This document shows, piece by piece, positions 30,284-42,771 of a stretch of 64,000 bases of DNA (position 1 is its first letter; each line of letters begins with the position of its first letter). The stretch spans positions 141,732,001 through 141,796,000 of the forward strand of contig OZ024741.1 in the NCBI GenBank assembly GCA_964016885.1. The letters are read 5' to 3'. Position numbers and translations under genes: made by a program. Under the pieces are notes generated by a model. The model worked only from the letters and a program-made list of their open reading frames with translations. It did no database searches and was not told the origin of the DNA. The stretch comes from Eledone cirrhosa. Lineage: Eukaryota.

Positions 30284-30290
<7 letters not shown>
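29832..30290. mobile_element. Second family C insertion with internal inversion
   Basis: 29832-30045 is minus-orientation family C, 30046-30290 is plus-orientation; flanked by (TA)n. Confidence 0.8.
29858..29900 (-). ncRNA. Minimal type I hammerhead ribozyme, family C
   Basis: Same motif as 27204-27246. Confidence 0.85.
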
Positions 30291-30318
<28 letters not shown>

Positions 30319-33300
30319 CTAAGGCGGGTAAAATTCCCGAGATCCATGGACGAGTTCTATCCAGCGGTCTCTGTCCCTCATTATCGCTGCCATGTCCTGC
30401 GTCTCCAACAGACTAGTGTCTGTCCTTAGGGCATCAACATACGTTAACCTTGGTCTTCCTCTTCTAGTGTGTCCATGTAGGGGCTCCCAAAGGAGCACTG
30501 AGTGCAATGTCAACTCTGGATGTCGGTGAGCATGTCCAGCTAACCTCAGTCTCCTCTGTGTCACTTTTGAGCTGACTTTTAGGATGCTCCCATACAGCTC
30601 TGAGTTTTTCATCCTCAGTGTATACTGATTAATGTTCAGAGCCATCCTCAACATTCTCGTGTAGCACCCATCCACCATCTGAGTGAGTTTCTTGGTCAGT
30701 GTCCAAGTCTCAGACCCGTACAGCAGCACAGACTCCACTACAGCAATGAAGAGGCGGACTTTCAGGTCTCTACGAAGGTCTGACTTCCACACCGATCTCA
30801 AGCTGTGGCACGCCGCCCAGGCCTTGCTTTTCCTTCCAACTACATCATCTTCCGTATTCCCAATCTTTGCTCCCAAATACAGGAAGCCCTCAACCAATTC
30901 TAGCGGCTTCCCGCCTACATTAGTGCTCCCCTCTGGCTTCTCAACATTCTCTACCAGATATTTTGTTTTAGTCTCATTCATTCTCAGCCCCACACTCATC
31001 GACACAGTCTCAACCTCCCGCATCAAATCCTCTGCCTCCTTCACTGTATTTGTCACCAAAACTATGTCGTCAGCAAATTCAGCATCCGATACCTTTTTCG
31101 CCCTAACTCTCCTGCTCTGAGCCGGTGCTACAGTAAAGCCAGAGTCCTGGTGTTTCTCCAGTGCAAGGCGCATACAATAGTCCACTACGATGATAAAAAG
31201 GTAGGGAGCCAATGTTTCTCCCTGGAGCACTCCAGCCAGTATCTCAAAGAACTCTGTCATCCCATCAGGTGTAATGACTTGGGCTTTGGTGTTGGTGTAG
31301 AGCAGTGATATCAGGTCCACTATCTTCTTGGGGATTCCATAAGCCTGTAAGATCTTCATCAGGCAGTAACGGTCCACAGAATCAAAGGCCTTCCTAAAGT
31401 CAATGAAAACCATGACCGCAGGAAGGCACATTGCTCTAGCTCCCTCTAATATCCTCCTCAGCATCAGGATGTGACTGCTGGTTGATCTACCCTCTCTGAA
31501 GCCGTTCTGCTTGTCCCTGAGCTTCTTCTCCATCTCAGGCTGGAACCTGTTAAGAATCATCCTGTTGAGGGTCTTTGCCACAAGTGACGTCAGTGAGATC
31601 CCCCTGTAGTTGTTGGTGTTAGAGAGATCTCCCTTCTTTGGCAATGGGACGATGTTACTGATCCTCCACTGATTCGGGGCAACTCCCTTCTCCAGTGCCC
31701 CGTTACAGAACCCCAGGATGATATCATCAAAATCACACCTCTTCATCACCTCTGATGCCACTCCATCTTCTCCATGAGCCTTGCCCACCTTGATCCTCTT
31801 CTTGGCTCTCTGAAGCTCCTCTCTGGTGAAGGACTCAACATCCAGTTCCTCAAAGAGCCGCCTGATCTCCCCAGTGCTCTGGGCTGTGGAGGGTGACTCT
31901 CCTAGTAGGGTCCTAAAATGGTCTAGCCATTTCCTCTTCCTATCCTCGGGCCCCGTTCCCTGGATCTGACTCGAACACTTTCTCTTCCTCCCTGTGATCT
32001 CGTTGATGATCATCCAGCTCTCCTTACATCCAGATCTGTCAACCGCTCTCTCCACACTTCTGATCTTCTCTATCAGTGCCTCCTCTCTGATCTCAGTGTA
32101 AGCGGTACAGGTACAGAGTTCTTCCCTCATCACCTCCACAGTCTCCATCCTCTCCTCCGTAGGATCAGCATAGAATCGGACCTTGGCAGCCTTCAGGTGT
32201 TCTCTGGCTGCACACACTTTTGGGTTTGCAGAGCTGACATGCTTCCCTTTGTTCTTTTTCCTCGGCACCAGGGTTTCACTTGCTTCCGCCACTGCATTGG
32301 TGAAGTGCCCGTACCTCCTCGTCACACTCTCCTCAGTCCATCCAATCTCTCTCTCCTCTGACTCTCCACACAGAGCACTAAACCTGTTTCTCACTTCCAC
32401 TGTGAACCTCTCCTGTAGCTTATCATCTTCCTTGAAAGCTCACCAGTCATAGATTGCTCTCCGGGGCTGAGCCTTGCTCTTTCTTAAGCTCACCCGGACC
32501 ACACTCATAACAAGCCGGTGGTCACTACCCAGTGTACTGAAATAACTGTATGGTTCTGTGTTCAGAACACTATTCTGCCACTTTTTCCTCACCAGAATGA
32601 AATCAATCTGGGACTTGGACAGGTGCACATCTGAGATGTAGGTCCACATCTTCCCCCAGATTCTTCCTAAACCTCAGGTTGGTCGCCATCAAGTTCGCCT
32701 CCAGCAGGGTGTCTATCAGTAGTCTTCCATTTCGGTTGGTGTTGTTATGGAAGTACCAGAAAGGATCTTCACTGCCCTCCTTACTCAGATGTGCATTGAA
32801 GTCCCCCAAAACAAGCAGGATATTGTGTGCCTGAGTGGTGTTGACAGCTCTACACACCTCCTCATGGAACTCTTCCGCACTCACATCAGTGTCCCCCTCG
32901 GTTGGACTATAGGCTGAGATGACTGTCAGTCTTGGGTTTCCATTGAAGGTGACCCTCAACACTCGCAGGGAGATAGGCATTATTTCCCTCACCAACAGAT
33001 TGGTTCCTGCACTGAACACAAAACCCACTCCTCCTACTGCAGCATTTGTTGTGTTCTTCACTGCCGATGTAGTGATGAGGTAGCTCCTCTTCCCGATCAT
33101 CACACTCCTCACGGGCTCATCGTGTAGGATCCTGTGTTCTTGGATCGCAATTATCTGTATACCACTCTCCTCAAACAGATGTCCCAACTCCTCTCTCTTC
33201 TCCAGCGTCCGAATAGTCCTCACATTCAAAGTGCCCATTTTGATGGCTCTTCTGCATTCTTTATATTTGTCTCAGAGACAGCTGATCCATCATCCACTGG

Positions 33301-33609
33301 CCCTCTCTGTGGCTCTAAGCCAGCAGTAATAACGACCAGGCTGCTCCTTGACAGTGTAATTAGGGGCTCTAACCCTAGTGCTGTTAGATCGACTCTCCAT
33401 ATTTCTTTTCAAATGGCTGACAATACCTTACCGGCGCCACTCGAATAAGGTAGTTATTTAACCCATAAATGGAGCCCTAACAGGTACTACCACCCCGGGC
33501 CAGGGCCGACCTGGGAGTCATGACAACTAAGGGGTAACTCCACATTCCCCACAACTCCTGAACTCCCGAACTGGAGCCTTGCCACTGGATGTAGTTTAAT
33601 GTCATACCC

Positions 33610-33614
<5 letters not shown>
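30319..33614 (-). mobile_element. Near full-length RTE-clade LINE (APE endonuclease + RT), frameshifted
   Basis: GTLNVRT..IAIQEHR..LLVLGDFNAH, QIDFILV..SDH (APE); NYRGISL, FIDFRKAFDSV, GVLQG, FADD, FLYLG, LLYGSETWTLT, RRLRLAGH, RGRPRLTY (RTE-type); (TA)n on both sides. Confidence 0.92.
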
Positions 33615-33678
<64 letters not shown>

Positions 33679-33681
<3 letters not shown>

Positions 33682-33884
33682 AACGAGTAGGACGCCGACG
33701 GCTGAGCTCAAGCCGTTTCGACGGCTAATTCTGGACTAAAAAATTTTAGTCCAGAATTAGCCGTCGAAACGGCTTGAGCTCAGCCGTCGGGGTCCTACTC
33801 GTTCCTATTACCCACTCTACTACCCTAAGTATTGAGTACTTTGGTGCGTTATGGTCCATCTGGTTCCGTACCACATTTCCTTCG

Positions 33885-33886
<2 letters not shown>
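33679..33886. mobile_element. Palindromic mini-element, family A
   Basis: 33679-33807 near-perfect palindrome centred on ctaaaaaattttag, plus ~80-bp tail; (TA)n on both sides. Confidence 0.85.
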
Positions 33887-33971
<85 letters not shown>

Positions 33972-34802
33972 TACATATGCTTATATGATGTTGATGCCTG
34001 CAACTTGATTTCGAGTAATACCATTGCTTGATCACGGAGGTGGCTTTTTAGTCCTTCTAAGGAGAATCACGGAGGTGGCTTTTTAGTTCTTCTAGGGATT
34101 TGCCTATGGCCAGCAATGCTATGCATCGCAAAAAATATGACATATCAAGCGAGACCTGTGCTTGAAGATTTTTTAAGTGAGGAAAGGCTTTGCACGAGGC
34201 CAATCTCACTCTTTGAATAGCGAATACATTTGCACAAAAGAAAGAACTGATCGACATCATTTGATGCAAACAAAGTCGCATGTTTTATATCAGAGTGATC
34301 TTCTCCTAGAGAGTTGTCTTAATGAAGACTAGGAGTCTCTCGCTCCACAAAAAATACTTTATTGGATGGCCGTTGACCCTCCAGAGTTCCTCTGCCATTT
34401 GACGGGTTTTGCTTTTCATCCCGCAGGTGTCCAAAATACCACTCCTCACCAAGCTAGCTTGATGGGGTTGCCGGTTTAGTCAGCGTCGACCTGACCATGC
34501 ACAGGTTGGACTGGATTACATGTTACCGGTAGCGCTAAAGAGCGACCTGACATATGCATATTACATATATACATACATATGCATATATACATATATATAC
34601 ATATATATACATATACATATATACATACATATGCATACATACATATGCATATATGCATATATACATATGCATATATACATACATATACATATATACATAC
34701 ATATGCATATATACATACATATGTATATATACATATATACATACAGTGGGAGTGGAAATCATTTATAACCTTTGGCCTATTGTGACCACTTATGACAATA
34801 AT

Positions 34803-34980
34803 TGTTTCTACTTTAGGCACAAGTCAGCAATTACCCAGTGCATTACTGGTACTTTTATTTTATCGACCCCGTAAGGATGAAAGGCAAAGTCAACCTCGGC
34901 GGGATTTGAACTCAGATCGTAAAGGGACGTAACTATGCTGGAAAGCATGGCGTCCGACCCTCTACCGATACTGCCAATCC
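34803..34980 (-). mobile_element. tRNA-type SINE, family 1
   Basis: ttaggcacaag...atcgaccccgtaaggatgaaaggcaaagtcaacctcggcgggatttgaactcag. Confidence 0.75.
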
Positions 34981-35059
34981 AATGACCTCATATTCATACA
35001 AAATGGGATCCCTTGTCATTTTACACGCACTGTCGGTGAGTAGCTTGGTGTCCAATAAC

Positions 35060-35205
35060 TAGTATGTTGAGTGGTTCGTGGTACTCGACATGAATGGCTA
35101 ACCAAGTGCTCTCTCTTAACGCCTTGCGATTTTTTTCCTGTGGGGTGGGTGAAGGAAGAAGTATATGGCTCAAAAGGAAAACTCCTCACAAGGTTGGAGG
35201 AACCC
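35060..35205 (+). pseudogene. Tc1/mariner-superfamily transposase C-terminal fragment
   Basis: EW....LLTPCDFF/LWGWVKEEVY resembles WPPRSPDLTPCDFFLWGYVK. Confidence 0.55.
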
Positions 35206-35255
35206 ATTAGTCATATATTGACCTGAGATACCGTATATATACATATAGATATAAG

Positions 35256-35313
<58 letters not shown>

Positions 35314-35314
35314 C

Positions 35315-35345
<31 letters not shown>

Positions 35346-35390
35346 AATATATATATACATATATATATTTACATATATAAATATATATAT

Positions 35391-35484
<94 letters not shown>

Positions 35485-35503
35485 TGAGAGAGAGAGAGAG
35501 AGA

Positions 35504-35548
<45 letters not shown>

Positions 35549-35554
<6 letters not shown>

Positions 35555-35896
35555 AATCGAAAATGCAACTGGAGTCTTATTTTTTTTTAAATATATATAT
35601 TTATTTGGTTCCTTTACCGGTTTCGCAGTTCTGCTTTTCAAAAGTAGAGTTGAGCTGGAGGGTCTGTGGTTTTTCTCACATCAGATCTGAGAAAAACCAC
35701 AGACCCTCCAGCTCAACTCTACTTTTGAAAAGCAGAAGAACTGCGAAACCGGTAAAGGAACCAAATAAATATATATATTTTTTTTAAATAAGACTCCAGT
35801 TGCATTTTCGATTTCATCTTTTTTTCTTTATACTTCCACTCGTGTAGGACACCTCGGTTATTTTTTATTTTGTAAAAAAAATACCTAACTTTCTAA
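35549..35896. mobile_element. Palindromic mini-element (~130-bp arms plus tail) with variant hammerhead
   Basis: 35549-35677 is the reverse complement of ~35688-35819; tail 35820-35896; HHR-like motif at 35722-35757. Confidence 0.8.
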
Positions 35897-35911
35897 TATA
35901 TATATATATAT

Positions 35912-36241
<330 letters not shown>

Positions 36242-36391
36242 CGTATCGAGAGAGAAAAAAAGGAGGGATAGGTGATACATGTAGTTATTTGCCAAATAGC
36301 GTATGCAGAAGGTGCTCAATACTAGTGCCGGCAGTGTTAGATATTAAAGGTGTTAATATCTAGTGGGCGAGAGAGTTAGCAGAGTGTAAGA

Positions 36392-36491
36392 ACGTGGAAA
36401 AGTAAGAAATAGGAGAACAGACCGTTAATACATGTTTATTTAAATATACATGTATTAACGGTCTGTTCTCCTATTTCTTACTTTTCCACGT
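36392..36491. repeat. Inverted repeat (~43-bp arms) abutting (TA)n
   Basis: acgtggaaaagtaagaaataggagaacagaccgttaatacatg...catgtattaacggtctgttctcctatttcttacttttccacgt. Confidence 0.8.
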
Positions 36492-36720
36492 ATATATATA
36501 CATATATAATAAGACCCTCTCTCTTATGTATTATATTAAAACACCGGCAGACCTCTTGCCGAGAAAATCCTAAGGAATAAAAATCGTTCAGTGCTTAACG
36601 AAAGAGTCGGTAGATTATTTGATCAACCAGCTTTCATCAACTGAATAATATATATGGGAAGCGTGTATATTAGCTTTCTCTCTATCCATTAGGCTAGATG
36701 TGTCGTGAACAACACCCAAA

Positions 36721-36796
36721 CTTGCTGACTGAGGAACCTATGGGTTGTTACACTTCACATTTCTGTGGTGAAACGAACTAAATTCGTATCAGCAAG
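36721..36796 (+). ncRNA. Type I hammerhead ribozyme with full stem III, family E
   Basis: cttgctga CTGAGGA acc...ggt GAAA cgaa ctaaa ttcg TA tcagcaag. Confidence 0.85.
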
Positions 36797-36951
36797 CTTA
36801 TAGTTATAAGGTTAGTAATTTAAAACTCGACTTCAGAGATTTGATTCTGACTTAGTTTTTTTCTATTTAATTGGTAAACCTGTAGATATTGTTCTCCATA
36901 CAGTAACGGTTAAACTCACATGTAATAATTCTTTACACACATCTCACTGTG

Positions 36952-37027
<76 letters not shown>

Positions 37028-37069
37028 TCTCACTTCTCTCTGTGTAATATATATATATATATATATAAT

Positions 37070-38548
37070 AATAATACTATTTATAGTTATGTATATAGTA
37101 TAAACAACTATAAACAGGAAGGTCAGTAATTTCTTAATTACCTTATTACCAGTAAGAGAAATAGCTCAATGTATGAACATCAGTTGTTTTACAGAGCAGT
37201 TAAATAAATTAAATAAACCACCATTGACACTATACATATAGGATTTAGCAGCACCAACAACCACAAACCCCTCCACCAACTCTTTCCGCTACACAACTCC
37301 TATTCATCTATAACCTTATGCTCTGCAATAACAGTTAAAATTAGACATAGAGTTACCACCTTGTGATATAACTACAATAGATTAATTATATCTTTCAAAG
37401 TAATGGATATTTGGCACTTGGTATGTAGAGACATTTAATGTAATGTGTGATGATAAACTATGTGTGCATTTGTAATTGTATAATTAAATGCTTAAATTAT
37501 ACAACATAATAGTAATAAAGTATATATACACTTATAATTAAATATAAAATATAATAGCATTGTATATTAGTGATTATATTATTGCACATATGGCATATCT
37601 ACTATGACATATTAACAGCTGTATAATCCTTCATAACATATACCTTGTCCAGTAATGAATAGATAACAATCTAAAGAAACCTTTAATGTATGATAGTAGA
37701 ATACACTGTATTTAAAATCAGGCATAAATATACAGGGTTATGTAACAGAGATCCAATGGTATCACATTATATTGTTACCTCCCCTTACGCATTAGCTCCC
37801 CTTATCCACTTCCGGAAATTAACGATTGAAAATTTAACGGTTGATCAAATATAGTCTATGAATATGAATTCATTAAGACTAATTTACAATCCATTGCTCT
37901 AACTAACTTAAAACACTCAATATAAACATTAACTGAAATTTAATTCAACATATGTCATGGAAAAGTATGCAAAACTGTATGTTTCTCAACACACATTAAT
38001 TCGAGCCCCATCAACATTCAACACCCACCATACATTAACATATTTGCTTCAACTGCAGTATTTATTCATCTATATATGCATAATAGCTTTGCTTGTCTCC
38101 TTCTCATGTATATGTCTTACGCAGTCACACTATCCATACGCCTGCATATGATTTGTTATCGCACTCTTCCTTTCTCAAAACTGCTTCCGCAATGCTCTTT
38201 AATATTTGGACTATTCCCTTGTTTTAACTGTTGCATGTATTACACTCCGTGCTTTTGATTTTGATTTTGATTTTAATTTTAATTTTCATTTGAATTTGAA
38301 CTTGAATGTTTGTACTATTATTGTACAATTCTCGTAAAATATATGTCACATCCATTCCACCCTGTAAATACGAAACTGTTGCTCACAACATCAATTTATA
38401 TGTATCTATATTATTGTTCAGTTGGATAGGAGGGTAATTATATGTGCAAACATTGATGATGCTCCGATGACGCCAAACGAGGGTTTGGAAGAAACGATTG
38501 TCAGCTATTAAATGATTTGAACACAACTTTGATAATTGTATAATTTAT
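37070..38548. mobile_element. Family D PLE derivative: tail plus inverted 3' UTR
   Basis: 37070-37205 matches 293-445 in the same orientation; ~37215-38548 matches the first PLE's 3' UTR in the opposite orientation (e.g. 37781-37816 vs 1258-1300, 38425-38548 vs 450-570). Confidence 0.7.
38461..38505 (+). ncRNA. Minimal hammerhead motif (U4C core), family D
   Basis: gct CCGATGA cgccaaacgagggtttggaa GAAA cgattg TC agc. Confidence 0.7.
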
Positions 38549-38582
38549 AGATAGATAGATAGATATAGATAGCTATATATAT

Positions 38583-38648
<66 letters not shown>

Positions 38649-38683
38649 AATGAATACATGATACACACACAGACAAATATACC

Positions 38684-38749
<66 letters not shown>

Positions 38750-38779
38750 GTATTCGTTCGGTAACCGATGGGGCATGCT

Positions 38780-39090
38780 ATAATCTGTTCATTTCCTACG
38801 AGTTAAGAGCAGATATTGCAATACCCTGCGGTTCAAAGCCCCTCGACACTTAAACGAGAGGGGCCAAGAAATTTGAGAGATCTGCATGATATGGACATGG
38901 ATGTTTTCAAGAAACATCTTGACACTCTGCTTTCAAGTAGCATGGTACGAAGGTAACCTAAGAGCAGCAGAAACGAACTCCGTTTTACACCAATGGCCAG
39001 CCAACACAGGCTAGATCTAGAACGTGCAGCAACAAGGGCGATGCCCCAGTGTGGCTTCATCCGGATGGCTGAAACAGGTAAAAAAAGTAA
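38780..39090 (+). mobile_element. CR1/L2-like LINE 3' end fragment
   Basis: Homologous to 57535-57830 (ttgagagatctgc...gatgttttcaa...ggctagat.tagaa.gtg.agca.caaggg.gatgccc...atggctgaa). Confidence 0.65.
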
Positions 39091-39121
39091 ACATATACAT
39101 ATAAATACATATATATATATA

Positions 39122-39152
<31 letters not shown>

Positions 39153-40032
39153 TACTGATTAATGTTCAGAGCCATCCTCAGCATTCTCGTGTAGCACCCA
39201 TCCACCATCTGAGTGAGTTTCTTGGTCAGTGTCGAAGTCTCAGACCCATACAGCAGCACAGACTCCACCACAGCAACGAAGAGGCGGACCTTCAGGTCTC
39301 TACGAAGGTCCAACTTCTACACCGATCTCAAGCTGCGGCACACCGCCCAGGCCTTGCTCTTCTTCCCAACCACATCATCTTCCGTATTCCCAATCTTTGC
39401 TCCCAAATACAGGAAGCCCTCAACCAATTCCGGCGGCTACCCGCCTACATTAGTGATCCCCTCTGACTTCTCAACATTCTCTACCAGATATTTTGTTTTA
39501 GTCTCATTCATTCTCAGCCCCACACTCATCGACACAGTCTCAACCTCTCACATCAAATCCTCTGCCTCCTTCACTGTATTTGTCACCAAAACTATGTCGT
39601 CGGCAAATTCAGCATCCGATACCTTTTTCGCCCTAACTCTCCTGCTCTGAGCCGGTGCTACAGTAAAGCCAGAGTCCTGGTGTTTCTCCAGTGCAAGGCG
39701 CCTACAATATATACTGAGCATGCAGTATACACTGAGGATGAAAAAACTCAAAGCTGTATGGGAGCATCCTAAAAGTCAGCTCAAAAGTGACACAGAGGAG
39801 ACTGAGGTTAGCTGGACATGCTCACCGACATCCAGAGTTGACATTGCGCTCAGTGCTCCTTTGGGAGCCCCTACATGGACACACTAGAAGAGGAAGACCA
39901 AGGTTAACGTATGTTGATGCCCTAAGGACAGACACTGGTCTGTTGGAGACGCAGGACATGGCAGCGATAATGAGGGACAGAGACCGCTGGAGAGAACTCG
40001 TCCATGGATCTCGGGAATTTTACCCGCCTTAG
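39153..40032. mobile_element. 5'-inverted RTE copy
   Basis: 39153-39709 equals 30624-~31179 (minus sense); 39723-40032 is the reverse complement of 30319-30628 (plus sense). Confidence 0.9.
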
Positions 40033-40258
40033 ATGATTTTTTTTTTTTTTTTTTTTCTCAACCTGTTAGTTCTATCGTTACTTTGGTATATTATTGTGTT
40101 AGATTTTGCCTACCACAATGTTCGATTTGTCAAGCTATTTAAACGTATGTTATTACTCTAAGGACCTAACTTATCGAGTGCTTTGCTAACTCATTAGTTC
40201 ATATAAGTAGGCCGAATTTGCTTGCAAACCGCCAGAGATTCGATTTTACTAAATTTCC

Positions 40259-40295
<37 letters not shown>

Positions 40296-40472
40296 ACATA
40301 AACAGAGAAAGCCTTAAGTGAACTCCGACCAACTGCATCTCACTCAACAAACATTAGGATATACTTAAGTATTATCCCAATTTAGTGTTTGGGGTGCTAA
40401 CTAATCAGTATTTCGTGGATAATTGGTTGTATTATTTTATATGAGACATTATTAAATAAATATCTCATTTCT

Positions 40473-40595
40473 TCCAGACGGCCGTTTCGTTATAAGATTT
40501 CTACAATTTGGGATAAATAATTTCTAGGTTATGTATAAACTTATATATAATCCATGTTTTATACACAAGCGGGCGCTTATAAACTCATCAGTGGA
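40473..40595 (-). ncRNA. Type I hammerhead with ~96-nt stem II domain, family H
   Basis: tcca CTGATGA gtttataag...cttataac GAAA cggccg TC tgga. Confidence 0.7.
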
Positions 40596-40631
40596 TGCCC
40601 AATCAATAACGATCTTCAACTGCAGTATGTA

Positions 40632-40688
<57 letters not shown>

Positions 40689-40797
40689 TATATATATACA
40701 TATATATATAATATTTACATATATATGTATATATGTATATATACATATTTATATATATATGTATGTATATGTATGTATATGTATATATATATGTATG

Positions 40798-40848
<51 letters not shown>

Positions 40849-40961
40849 AATTAGTATATTTAGTAACATATATATACACACAGATGCATACTTATGCTAG
40901 CAAATATATAGGTTTTGTCTGAGTAACTTTGTGGATCAATGCATGGGGTTGCAGAACAATA

Positions 40962-41048
40962 ATATGAGAGACGTAAAATAAGAAAATTATAAAATTAACT
41001 TACTTACTAAAATTAAGGAAGTTAATTTTATAATTTTATTATTTTACG

Positions 41049-41058
<10 letters not shown>
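40962..41058. repeat. Inverted repeat abutting (TA)n
   Basis: atatgagagacgtaaaata...aaaattaactt / aagttaatttt...tattttacgtctctcatat. Confidence 0.7.
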
Positions 41059-41082
<24 letters not shown>

Positions 41083-41085
<3 letters not shown>

Positions 41086-41308
41086 AGAATATTTTCGAAA
41101 CAGCGAGTGGGTTTGAAATTATTAGAAATGTAAGCTATCGCCGTATTTGGACTAAAGAAATTAAAGAAATTATTTAGCCTAATAGTGGGGTTAAGAACCC
41201 TCGGAGAAATGGAAAAAGATGAATATTGTCGTACATGACGTACGTCACTATTCATCTTTTTCCATTTCTCCGAGTGTTCTTAACCCCACTATCAGGCTAA
41301 ATAATTTC

Positions 41309-41314
<6 letters not shown>
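41083..41314. mobile_element. Palindromic mini-element (arms 41160-41314, tail 41083-41159)
   Basis: Inverted arms visible; a second, non-palindromic copy lies at ~46555-46692. Confidence 0.75.
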
Positions 41315-41385
<71 letters not shown>

Positions 41386-41686
41386 TATTCTACAGGTCTA
41401 GAACTGTTTCATTCTTTAGAAATAATCAGGAATCTGGCTTTCCAAAATAAATGTTGTGGTATTTATGTCTTTTCAGGTGGTAGGAGAGGGTGGGGAGTGG
41501 GGTGGGTGGAGGTCATTGGTTGAAAGAAAAGGAAATTCATTAAAAGCTAATTCTTTAAAGCTCTACTTAGAGAGACAAAGGCCAAGTGAATTCTATAAAC
41601 CAGTTCAAAATATTGGGTGCCTATCATATCATTATTGTCATATTTCTCTTAAGCTAAATTCCAGGTGTCAACAGACACATGCACAT

Positions 41687-41775
<89 letters not shown>

Positions 41776-42027
41776 TATAATATATATATACATATATATA
41801 TATACATATATATATATTTCGTTTCTGAATTTGTTTAGCAAGATTCTTTATCTGAAAACGTGTGTTGAAACCGATATAGTTATACTTTGGGAGGGTCATG
41901 TTGCCAATAGGAAACACACGCACCAGTTCCTTTCACTTCAATTTATTATAATAAATTTATAAATATAGGAATTTATAAATTTCCGGTTGGTTGGTTGGTT
42001 CCACAACCAGATGATTGTTTATATATT

Positions 42028-42070
42028 GTCAAAGTTCTTTCGTCACACATTCTGTGACCTCTTCAGTGAC
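42028..42070 (-). ncRNA. Minimal type I hammerhead, family B
   Basis: Reverse complement of 42167-42209. Confidence 0.7.
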
Positions 42071-42166
42071 TGGGGATTCTCTTCTTTGTTTTTGTGCCTC
42101 TCCTTTGTTCTGTCCTACGCCAGACAGAACAAAGGAGAGGCACAAAAACAAAGAAGAGAATCCCCA

Positions 42167-42209
42167 GTCACTGAAGAGGTCACAGAATGTGTGACGAAAG
42201 AACTTTGAC
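42167..42209 (+). ncRNA. Minimal type I hammerhead, family B
   Basis: gtca CTGAAGA g gtcaca gaatg tgtgac GAAA gaac TT tgac. Confidence 0.7.
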
Positions 42210-42358
42210 AATATATAAACAATCATTTGGTTGTGGAACCAGCTAACCAACCGGAAATTTATAAATTCCTAAATTTATGAATTTATTGTAATAAATTGAA
42301 GTGAAGCAACTGGTGCGTGTGTTTCCTATTGGCAACATGACCCTCTCAAAGTATAACA

Positions 42359-42413
<55 letters not shown>

Positions 42414-42463
42414 CACACTTATATATACATATATATATATATATATACATACTCACTTATATA

Positions 42464-42536
<73 letters not shown>

Positions 42537-42540
<4 letters not shown>

Positions 42541-42738
42541 TTAATATAGATGAGATTCTCCAGGACTAGAACTCTTTCATTCTTTAGAAATCATCCTGAT
42601 GATTTCTAAAGAATGAAACAGTTCTTCTAGTCCTGTATAGTCCTGTAGAATCTCATCTATATTAAAACTTTTATACTCTGCAATGTATTGAGTACCTTAC
42701 TTACTGTGGTTACCTCCGATTCAACCCGGAATAACGTA

Positions 42739-42739
<1 letters not shown>
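42537..42739. mobile_element. Palindromic mini-element with truncated hammerhead
   Basis: Arms 42537-42669 meet at tcatc|CTGATGA; core tttctaaagaat GAAA cag...ctg TA gaatct; related copy at 41387-41435 (minus); tail 42670-42739. Confidence 0.75.

Positions 42740-42771
<32 letters not shown>

Larger units (their letters stand above)
41818..42361. mobile_element. Palindromic element, family B (~240-bp arms) with a hammerhead in each arm
   Basis: 41874-42113 is the reverse complement of ~42122-42361; tail identical in extent to the 8778 copy. Confidence 0.9.

Noticed and set aside
33440-33614. HDV-like ribozyme in the RTE 5' UTR
   Set aside because: Only a gac-tcccag-gtc hairpin fits; I could not assemble P1, P2 and J4/2 by eye.
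33759-33775. agccgtcgaaacggct in family A as a ribozyme half
   Set aside because: A simple hairpin with no upstream CTGANGA in any of the copies.
34040-34550. GC-richer segment (and 23520-23790) resembling non-autonomous LINE 5' UTR derivatives
   Set aside because: The two share only a short taggaga...gatataaaac motif, too little to classify without a repeat-library search.
41987-42250. Pairs of near-identical ORFs on opposite strands (also 9100/9654)
   Set aside because: A by-product of the palindromes, with no coding signature.
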